This document shows positions 12,401 to 24,400 of a stretch of 64,000 bases of DNA, one piece after another. Under the pieces are notes generated by a model. It ran no database searches. It saw only the letters and a program-made list of their open reading frames with translations, and was not told where the DNA came from. How positions within the stretch are numbered: the first letter of the stretch is position 1; every line of letters begins with the position of its first letter. The translations under genes and the position numbers were made by a program. Source of the DNA: Owenia fusiformis (taxonomy: Eukaryota); the NCBI GenBank assembly GCA_903813345.2, contig CAIIXF020000001.1, positions 23,250,001-23,314,000 on the forward strand, in the 5' to 3' direction.

Positions 12401-15400
12401 CTTAGTTTTATAACAGGGTCTTAGTTTTATAACGTGGGGGGTCTTAGTTTTATAACAGGGTCTTAGTTTTATAACATGGGTGGTCTTAGTTTTATAACAG
12501 GGTCTTAGTTTTATAACGTGGGGGGTCTTAGTTTTAAAACGTGGGGGGTCTTAGTTTTATAACAGGGTCTTAGTTTTATAACGTGGGGGGTCTTAGTTTT
12601 ATAACAGGGTCTTAGTTTTATAACGTGGGGGGTCTTAGTTTTATAACAGGGTCTTAGTTTTATAACGTGGGGGGTCTTAGTTTTATAACAGGGTCTTAGT
12701 TTTATTACGTGGGGGGTCTTAGTTTTATAACAGGGTCTTAGTTTTATAACGTGGGGGGTCTTAGTTTTATAACAGGGTCTTAGTTTTATAACGTGGGGGG
12801 TCTTAGTTTTATAACAGGGTCTTAGTTTTATAACGTGGGGGGTCTTAGTTTTATAACAGGGTCTTAGTTTTATAACGTGGGGGGTCTTAGTTTTATAACA
12901 GGGTCTTAGTTTTATAACGTGGGGGGTCTTAGTTTTATAACAGGGTCTTAGTTTTATTACATGGGGGGTCTTAGTTTTATAACAGGGTCTTAGTTTTATA
13001 ACGTGGGGGGTCTTAGTTTTGTAGGTCTTAGGTCTTAGGTCTTTGTTTTGTAGACACCCGAAACATTTGGTGTATTTAAGTCCCTCACAATACTTGTTTC
13101 CTCCCTTGGTTCAGAATTATCATTTAGATTTTGGAAGTTTAATCAAGCAAATATTTATTGATTACAGACGCCAGATGGTTGGGCAATATTTCTAATAATG
13201 TTTTACATCATGCGGACACCTTTAAATGTAAGTAAACTTATTTTATTAGTGATAAGTAAGTGTATGAATATTTTGAGATACTTGATGGAAATTGAAAGGA
13301 AGGTAATTTTGATATTTTAAGTATTGTACAACTGAGAACTGGTCTACTCGTTTATTGGTCTATACATGTATTTATTGAGATAGTGTAATCTTCAATTGCT
13401 CATCCTCACATGTTTTGATGCAGTTCGTACATTTCCATAATACTGCACATCTGACATTTCCATAATACTGCACATCTGACATTTCTATAATACTGCATAT
13501 CTGACATTTCCATAATACTGCACATCTGACATTTCCATAATACTGCACATCCGACATTTCCATAATACTGCACATCTGACATTTTCATAATACTGCACAT
13601 CCGACATTTCCATAATACTGCACATCTGACATTTTCATAATACTGCACATCCGACATTTCCATAATACTGCACATCTGACATTTCCATAATACTGCACAT
13701 CTGACATTTCCATAATACTGCACATCCGACATTTCCATAATACTGCACATCTGACATTTCCATAATACTGCACATCTGACATTTCCATAATACTGCACAT
13801 CCGACATTTCCATAATACTGCACATCTGACATTTCTATAATACTGCATATCTGACATTTCCATAATACTGCACATCTGACATTTCCATAATACTGCACAT
13901 CCGACATTTCCATAATACTGCACATCTGACATTTTCATAATACTGCACATCCGACATTTCCATAATACTGCACATCTGACATTTTCATAATACTGCACAT
14001 CCGACATTTCCATAATACTGCACATCTGACATTTCCATAATACTGCACATCTGACATTTCCATAATACTGCACATCCGACATTTCCATAATACTGCACAT
14101 CTGACATTTCCATAATACTGCACATCTGACATTTCCATAATACTGCACATCCGACATTTCCATAATACTGCACATCTGACATTTCCATAATACTGCACAC
14201 CTGATATGAAATTAATTCTATATTTCCTTTCATGATTTTAGGCATACTGTATCATGTGTGTCTGGAGCCAATACTGTGAACTGAAGGCTGGAAGGGGCAC
14301 TTTTCTTTACCATCAGAAACGTAAGGTAGGTTCACGGAATACATATACTGCTAAATACATTGAATGTTTGCTTCCAGTTGGCAGAATTCATTGAAAAAAG
14401 ATTTAAAAGTCAAAACGACAGCAAAAACTTCATCATCCTACCAAATAGACATTTTTACTTTTATTCCAAAGATACATCTTGAAAATCAGCTAATAAAAAA
14501 ATCAGATATGATTTTGTTATTGTAGAGACATAATCGCAATATGGTGAGACAAATCCAGCCTATAAGCCAACCAGATTCCTCTCAGCACACAAGTCTACCT
14601 ACGGTGTCAGCATATTGCGAGGCAACCAGAGTGTCATACAATGAACATGGTGAGGTTATACTTGCCCCACCACCATATAAACTTGACCCACCATCATATT
14701 CACAGATAAACCTTAACAATGGTGTCAATGATGACAGTACTGATAGACACAAAGACAATACACCTTTAGTGACATCATCAAACGTGATGTCAAATACAGT
14801 ATCAATTGCGATGTCATTTACATCTTTAAATCTGATGTCAACTACACCATCAAACATGTAACTCAATGAATCTAAATGGTAGCCAGCAATGGGAGATAAA
14901 TCACCAACAACCCTGATGACAATGCTACATCTCCATGACAACCCGGCAGATCTGCTTTACAAACAGCACCATGACAACACCTACATGACTCTCCAGAACA
15001 TGCCATTGTATGTTTTATACTAAGATAGACATTTAGATATTAGATACATACCAAATCTGTACTTAAAAAATCAATGACAAATCTCAAACATCATCTGGAT
15101 AATGTATACCATGTAGCTATATCAAACAGCTACAGTGTGGTTGCCCTGGTAACATAAAACGATACATATAGTTGGTTACCTGTTACAATGTGATGTTGCC
15201 CTGGTGATAGTAGATGACTCGGGAACATCTGCCTCGTATATTCTGTTAATAATAGTGTTCCCCAATTCTGCCATCACCTTCAGTAATTCTGGTTCCCATG
15301 AGTCTAATGTCACAGAGCGCACCTTTGACATATGAACACCAAAGCTCCTGAAAATATCACAAACATGTATTAATATGCATATGGCGTATACACAATCTTA

Positions 15401-18400
15401 AATATTTTGAAATAAACTATATGTAACGCTCATATTCATTAGGCCATTAAATGGAAAAGGTCACAAATCAATTTGTTTTAGTAGACTACAGTATTCTTTT
15501 TTAATTTTTAAAATGTCTATTTTGTGAAAAAGCTCAGGCACCCACTGTAATATTTAACAAAATAGAATGTGTGTAGATATTATTTGGCCCATCCTTCACA
15601 CGCTCTATTTAATTGTTTGATGAGATTATCTTTAAGGTATATAAAGGTATAAAGGTATAATTCTGACGAGGGTAGACTAAAAAATGTATAATTTAACTGC
15701 CACAGTGTTCAATTAAGAAAGCAATCCAGTTAAGCCTCCAATATATTTCAATACTTTACCTATGAATTCCAGAGCATTCTATACATAATGTGATCCCTAA
15801 GTTAATACTGGCCCATCTAGGTTCTGTAGAGCCACAATCACAGCATTGGTTGTTCCCAGGTATAGACAGTAGCTGTTTCATTCTAGAAAACAACAAAGAA
15901 ATATATATTGTACATGATGTTAGCGTACACAATCACAGCACTAGTTGTTGCCAGGAATAGACGTTACTGTTTCATTCTAGAAAACAATAGACATATTTAA
16001 TGTTCAGGATGTTAGCATACGCTTTGCTATAAATTTTAACAAGGCATTAACATGACAAAATGTCACAACCTTGTATTACAAATGGTTACAAAATGTTACA
16101 AGTCCACTTAATTGTTACCATGGTAACATTTCAAGTCAATGTGACTATGCATTCTTAAGTTACAGTATGTAAGAAATCTGAGAAGTGTTTCAAGACAAAT
16201 AATCTGTTTCTGAATTTGAAAAGTAATGGCTTTTCAAAAGTCAAATTCACAAAATACTCTTTCTATTAAGAAAACAGCAATTCGACAGAGTAACAAATCC
16301 CAACAAACAAAATATTTTGTGACCATTTTGAATTATTTGATTCAAGAATAAAAACTGAAACAATATTTGTGATATTATATGAAATACTGAGTATAAATTA
16401 TGAAACAACACTTTGAAGAGATCTCAAAACTATGCACAGAGGTGATCATGCAGCAGGATTGAACTTTATTATGCAAGGCATAGTGTACTATTTCTACCAA
16501 CCTGGTTTGTTTAGCTGTAACAGGGTGAGGTGCTGTTGTACTTGGGTTGTTCTCCCCTGAGGATGATGTACTGGTGCTCTGTGTAGGAGATTTGCTTGAG
16601 ACAGTAGTAGCTTCAGTGTTGCTTGGCCCATTTGTATTCACCTAAAAATAAATACAGTATGCATATAAACTGTCAAGTGAAACACCTTTGAAATGGAGTC
16701 CCAAGATACATTGACTTAATGTTAAATAAATCTCTGTAAGAGGAATATCTCCCTAGTTGAACATTTTAAGATGTACCAAAGTTACTCACTTCGAGAGCCA
16801 TGTTAGATTTTGAAACTTATGGCTCTCAAAGGGAGAAGTGGACAGCTCATCGATTGTGACCTTTGAAATCGAATTAAGTCGATCAGCGGCCTACTTTTGT
16901 TCTCTAACTATGCTATACATCATTATCATCCTTCTGTGCAAGTATTGGAGTGCTGAGGTATTTCCTTTTCGATCAAGACTTGTAATTGTTAGTCGAGTGA
17001 ATGTTTTTACTGCCGAATTCCAATATGGCGTTTTCTGCTCGGACATTTTCGTACATTTCCGGAGGTTGTCCGAACCTAACTAATTCTCAAAATTAATTTC
17101 GTTCGTTGCGTATCTCGCTCCTAGCAAACCGCCATATTGGAAATAGGTCTAAAAAACATTCACTCGATGAACAATTTTCAAGTCTTGATCGAAAAAGAAG
17201 TATTTCAGCGCTCTAATACTTACACGGATTGATGATACTGATGTAAGACACAGTTAGAGACCAAAAGTAAGCCGCTGATCGACTTAATTCAATTTCAAAG
17301 GTCACAATCATTGAGCTGTCCAAATGCTCCGTGGGAAAGCTATTATATCAAAATCCAAATAACTTTCGCAGGAAGTAATACCAAAGGTGTTCCACTTATA
17401 CAGGTTTCACTTTAAATCATATTCCTTGTTGGTCTGCACTGTACCAAGAAAGTACATGTATAAACATCTAAAAGAGCCAAGAAATTTTGCTTTTATGTGC
17501 CATGTGAGACAATTTTGAGCATACTGTTATTATATCAAGTTTCTTTAATAAATTCATCAGTAGAAACTATTTCATGATTTCATCTACGTAATTTCTCACA
17601 GAGGGAAATCTTCATTGGTCTGAAAATGCACATGTTTTAGAGATTCAATGAATATGAAAGCACCATGAGCCCAGTGCACCTACCCGCTCAAGTTCTTTAG
17701 TTGGTAAACTCCTGCTTCTATCTCTGAATGCTTGACTAACCCCAGTCTGTATGGCAGTGATCCAGGCAGAACACTCCTCGGCAGAGTCTGCTTGTAGCAT
17801 GTGACTCCTAGAACAATCTCAAATATTAAAATGCAATCATATCACCCAGGGCAAAAGGGGTAAAAATGCAATAATAGATTTATATAGTTATAGGATATCC
17901 TAATTTTGTGATTCGGTTGCAAAAAAAATATATGCCTGATTCTCTCCTAAAAATCTTCAGCCTTTCTTTTCAAATCGATCCAAAACTTCTATAAATGACT
18001 TAAAATCTGGCATTTAGAGACTAAGCTTGATATATTCTCATATTTTCTTCATACAAGTCCTCTCAGAGTCCTCTCATTTGAAACAATTATCTTAAAGCAA
18101 AGAAATAATTTCCTACAGCTGGTTCAAGAATGGAATGTTTACCTGGTTGGAGAGACAACTTCAAAACAGAACCTCCTGTCAAGCTCTACATGTGGCTTTA
18201 CAAGGCACAATCGGAGATCTTCCTCCATAATGGTCAGGTTATCCTTGGATCTCTTACGATACACCAGCTGATCCTCATGGATCATGAAGTACCTTCTGCA
18301 ATGTACAGATGCATTATGGGTATAAGAGAAAATACTTGATTTTTGATAGGTTAGAAGGTAGTTAATAATTTAGTATGAGTGCGCTTTGAAAATACATAGG

Positions 18401-21400
18401 ACAATGGTTAACAATAGAGTTAATAGCCTAGTTGAAAATTATTCTAATGATAAAACTTTGGCCTATGGTCAAATCTGACTGGTCAAGGTATTTGATGTAC
18501 ATTTTCTGGTGAGCATTCACCTAACAATGCCCATAAGTAATGTTTTACAGTATCATAATACAGTATGATAGTCAATACTGTATTTAAACTCTTTATACTG
18601 CAACTCTTAATTCTATCATATTTGGTAATGCGTTGGTGTTACTGTACATGACACTTACCTGACCCATGACTTGAACTTGCCACTGGTGCGTTTGAATAGG
18701 TATCCCTCCATCTTTATGTCCGCAGCCTCACTCTCATTCTCACTTGATGCCTCTTCATCGCTACTTTCAACCACCTCCTAAAAATATAGTAGAGGAAAAG
18801 AATTATAAGATTTGCAAGTTTTACAATTATATATAATAAACATATAATACATTCGATTCAGGTAAAAGGTAGGGTATACAAGAGTATATTAGAGTTCTAA
18901 GAGACAAGTTCCTGAAAAAAGTCAAAACTGTTAGACTGTCAGAAAATAAGCGTGACATGGAATCAGGAAGCATGCTGTAAAATTGTGACCATTTTTTTAA
19001 AACTAACTCTCAACCTTTCTCTTCTAGTTCCTTTAATATAAAAAGTTCATTTCATGAACAATATCAAAAGAATTCAAGGTTAGTGATCAACTACAAGATT
19101 CCTGACCCTGAAATACTGTTTGAATGCAACGCCTGATTATTTTATATGATAACACAAGTCAGAAAAGCTACCATAGAAGATCAGACATGACCCATCAAAA
19201 CCTGAACACTAAATGATTAATAGAAATCACTACAAGTATCACAAATGGTATATAATGCACTCCCTCTAAAAATATAACTTACTGAAGTTCTTATTTGAGT
19301 CCATCTTTTTAAAGTCTCATATTGTTTTACAACCTTGCGCAAGAAATTATTTCCATCCATTTTAGGAATTGTTTATATTATACATGCATCTCTGATAGAA
19401 TGATGAACAGTTGTTCCTTCTGGTAAGTATATCACCTATACAGCAGGTGGAACCTTAATGATGACATATCATTGTTTATTTGATTAGAGCTAGACTTATA
19501 CTTGACTTGTACATTGTAAAAGTCCTCCTTATCAAGTACAAGACAATCAATATTAATCTCAGATAAAGACTACACAATAGCTGGGGTTTCTATCCAAATA
19601 TTTTTATTCAACTCTCAGTATGTCATCATCATAATATACTCCTTTCACGTGTTCAATGTCATCAAATAGAGCTATAAGTATATCCCGTCAGAGAATATTT
19701 AATGTCCCTTGTCTTGGGGTCCTTAAGATTAAATTCTGTATTCCGTGCCAACACCCCTATGACTTCATGATGCTTAAAAGTTACTTCCTTATTTAGATAA
19801 ATTCATTCCATTCATATAGAGTAAAACTTGGTAGTTTGTACAGTTCACTTTGCTATCATGTACTGTACGAACATATCACAACTATTAGACCGTTATTTTA
19901 TTAGCATAATGACAGTTTAACATTGCCAAAGGTTGAAGATCATTTTTCGCACTTTGATTTTGAAAAGAGATCACTCATTAAACCAACCTTAGCCCCTTGG
20001 GTCAATTAGCATAATGGTACAAAAGAAAGATTTGTAAAAGATATAATTTTTGCAACAAATAATTAAAAAAAGATTTTACAATTTTTTTAAATGGGCATTA
20101 TGGGGTCCACAGCCTGATCTATCTATTGGAGTACAGAATACCCTCTAATGCCTAGCTAAAGAGTTATTAATTATAGATAAATATACAAAATAAGAAATGT
20201 TTTATTTTAACTGAGAGACCTCTGATGTTTTTGCAATCAAAACCTAGCTTATCATTTACAATAATAATGTCAGGCTAACATTTAAAATGTAATTTAATTT
20301 TTGCTATTTTGATAATTGTTATCTTTCAAGTTCAGCTTTGACAGCACATGTGGTGACTCATTTACCTTTCTTTTAATAAAATTCTTGAGATACAGAAAAA
20401 CATTTTATTCATAATATACTTCCAAGCAGAAATATTTTAGAATTAACCCCTCAATGCACTTTACTATACTGTAAAGGATTTACACCCCCTCATTTTTTAG
20501 TGGATACTTGTGTAACTTGTAACCTGGTAACCTGTGACTGACCTGCGTAACTTGATGCCTGTTTGACCTTTAACTTGACTGTAACTTGATTGTACAAGTA
20601 AAACTTGACTTTAACTTGATTGTATAACTTGACTTTAACTTCAGTTGGTGTAACTTGTAACCTGTGTAAATTGTGTAACCTGTAACTTGGATAACCAGAT
20701 AAATAGTGTGACACAACCATTCAGACTCTCTTCTTAATCAGAGATGACTACTCAATCCTTGAATATTCCTTTCATGTATTGTATATGAATAATTTAATTA
20801 AAATTTCTTTTAGTCCAGAGGTTACCAAATATGGTATATTTCTTACCTCTTCAATAAGATGCTTATATGGAACTGCAGACATTGTCTTCACATTTAGAAT
20901 ACTGTTTTATTGACAGCTAGGAGACATAATGCTGCTCAAAATCCCCATCCATAATCCTTAGCACTTGTACATGTAACAAGTTCTGTTAGTAGTTATATGT
21001 TAGTTTTAGTTATATAACAATATACATGTACATTGTACAAGTCTATATTGTACATTGTACAAGTCTATATTGTACACTGTACAAGTCTATATTGTCTACC
21101 AGATTCTGCAAATTGCAAAACTAGGCACATAGCTACTCTATGGTAATGGGGTAATGTTTCCTTCCTGAGATAAAACTATCTTCTCAAAGTGTTATGAGCC
21201 ACATTTAGAGTATTCAGGATTCTTGCATCTACTTAATTCTTACATTCGCCTATTTGAATTCCCAAAACAAATGATGAGAACTCTCAAAAAGTCTTAGTTT
21301 ACTACAGTCATAGTGAAAAGTTGTGTCTATTAATAGCTTAATCTGGTACACTGACCAAAGAAGATAATAAAACATTCAAGAAATATCCAAGTATCTCTGT

Positions 21401-24400
21401 TACTGTAAAACAACTTATGTTCCTGGCCGATTATGTCCTAAATTTTGCCAAATAAATGGAACTGAAATTATGAGATGTGCCTATAATTAAATATCAATTC
21501 TCCCAAAAATGATATCACAATTATTTGACAGAACAAAGGATATTAAATGAAGGGCTGTGAGTTGCTGACTTAGAGAGGTTTACAGTAAAATAACTCTAAA
21601 AAATGAAATCAAAGGAGCTGCAAAATACAAGAGGCTTTTAGAAGGCCTTTTAGCGAGAGATAGTGCAACATTGATGAGTTTATACCCTGATAGCATATAC
21701 CCTTACTGCTAAAAATAACATGGAAATCACAAAATAGAGAACTACTACAGTAATTCTATACAGTTAAGCATCAATGAATACCTTTGATTAACTTTCTGTT
21801 ACTCACTCGGGAGTACTATAACCTTCCAAGACTAGTTAAAAAATTTTTTTTTTTTAATATATATTTATTTAAGTCAGAAACAGCTACATATTTGTCACAT
21901 GTTTACATAATCAAATATATCGAAATAGATGCATACGGGTTGTATAATCAATTGTATGCTAAATTATCAAGGAAAGTTAAACTAGTTAGACTTAAGTTAA
22001 AATATAGCATATATATATTGGGAACATTCTGACACTCATAGCATCTCTCTCTGTTGAATTGAAGATGTTCAGAAGGAAAGAAAAAGTAAAGGAAAAGAAT
22101 AGTTTAGATGAAAAACAAATGCCTAATAGATGGCACCTCAAACAATATAAACTATTATGCATTCTTTTATTTTTATATTCTCTATGTTTTACAGGATCAT
22201 AGATTTTAGTTTTGTTCATGTGATAATCAATTGGAACTTTTTTTAACAAAAGGTTTATAAAAGGTTTATTAATTACATGAATTATTGATTATTAGAAATG
22301 TTTTGATTTAATTTCTTGTCTCATCTTTCCTTGTTATACAAAAAATATAAATAGAAAATTTAAGCAACAGTTAAAATATCACACCTGGAATAAATTGATG
22401 TAGATTTGAATTACAAGCATTTTCATTCTGAACATAAAGATGGCACCACATCATTTCTTTCTATCTCTAAACATATTGCCATCTATTGAAAGAAGAAAAT
22501 TTCTTATCAACATGAAAGATTGTTGCATAAAAATATACAGCCACATGAGAGGCTCGATCAGCTTAAAAGAGTAATAATGATAACATTATAAAATATGCAG
22601 TAAAAATAAAACTACATGGTTGTATTTCTAATTTATTCGATCTTCGCTTCAATTGTGAATTAAGAATTACAAGAGGTTTAAATGCTTAGGTTTCAAATGT
22701 TGCCCCTTGTGTTTGATTTGACAATAAATAATGAATAGTTAGGATGAAAAGTCAAACTTCAGCAAAGGGAATAACAAAAAAAATATATATCATAGCATAA
22801 TTATACATTGAGGATCTTGTTCCTTTGCAAGATCTTATCTGAGGTTTGATAAAAGTTCTTTTGCTCCCACTTTAGAATGCAGAATTAAACGTTGTGGCTT
22901 TCTCTTTCACTTTTTGGACATTTCAAAACTTTATGAGCAATTTTGAAAATCCCTGATTTTTCAAGCACATTGTTGCTACCCTGTGCACATCACCATGGCT
23001 ACCAGATCCTTGATTACAATAATACTTTTCCAAACACACCATCCACAGTAGCGTAGGTTACCACGGTTTTGATTTCACAAAAGAAATGCTCCAGCTTCAT
23101 TTCCTAAAGTTAGGATGAAATCAGGCAGATTGTGTCATTACTCAAGGGACAAGAAAACCTCTGACATTTTCTATCAACCATATAATTATCTTGAAAGTAC
23201 ATACTGCTGAGATGCGACCTGCAAATGTTGATTTCTGTCACGAAAACCCATAAGTTATCTTATGCAGGAGTCAGCAGTTGTCATAGATCTCTATAATAGG
23301 ACACTTCAACATCATTAAAACTTCCCTCTCTGCTTACCTCAAAAGTAAACGCCAACATTTTCACATAAAAACAATTATTTTGACATAATGAAGGGATTTT
23401 GCCTTGTAGAGATGATCCATATATCACATAAATAGGCTAGAAGTGAGAAGGTAGTTACTTTAAACCATAGCGTGAACATGTAATTATGCATAATAAAATA
23501 TTAATTTATTATGCCAACCACAGACTTGAGATTTCTTTTGATTTATCGGAATCTCAATTGTTACAGAAGTTAACAAATATATTACTGACGCACACAAAAG
23601 AATTACAGACACACAAATAAAGAGCAGTAAAATATTGTTTTTTTACCATTAATGTGGGTCAATACACTTAATTTTTAATAACTTCATTTTACTTAAGATT
23701 ATCTATAAATATACATCCATTAACTTCCCATTAAAACCTGATCAAATCAAAATGATTTCAATCGTTACCTGGATTTCTCTTTTCATCACTCACATACTAA
23801 GTATGTTTCCTTTCAAGCAGTATATTTTGACTTACCATTGCAACAAAAGTTAGCTCTAATATTTGTTGTTACTTTTTATGCATCGCAGAATGTTTTTCAA
23901 CATAACATACCTCATAGTAATATAATTAATGAAAATAATGAAAAACATCTGCAATGTTTATATTAGCTAAATTAGTCATTCAGGTATTACTAAAACAAAC
24001 TGAAGGCTTTGATGCTAGCTTAATTCACTGACTGAGTGGAACGTTAACATTTTCCTGACAGACAAATTGATACTAAAATCATCATCAAAGTGGATGGGAA
24101 TTAAAGACACAATAAACAGATGAAAAACATGGCAGTGAATCAAAGATTACAAACATAAAACCCCTTATATCCTAACAGTCTAATATTCAGTTTAAGCTTG
24201 CATATAAAATCGAAACACAAACCGATACATATGACTAATCACCCATGCAAATGCATCTCTTAAATAACTTGCGTTCATGTTTAGGTGGTCGAAAACAGTG
24301 CAAGCTTAAGCTCCCTATTACCATAATTACCTAAACAATAGCCTGGGGTAGTAAAAAAGTGGAAGAAGAGGGCAGCCAATGAATAAGATTAGATGATACT

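Larger units (their letters stand above)
9306..13059. mobile_element. Non-autonomous foldback (Mutator-like) element with minisatellite-containing inverted arms
   Basis: Termini GGGTGTCTACAAAACAAAGACC ... GGTCTTTGTTTTGTAGACACCC; perfect 10-bp TSD GAAACATTTG (9296-9305, 13060-13069). The 42-bp arrays are in opposite orientation on each arm, and inner arm 11051-11114 is inverted at 12301-12364. Confidence 0.9.

Noticed and set aside
13372-14245. Six overlapping Cys/Met-rich ORFs
   Set aside because: All are frames of the 25-bp tandem repeat.
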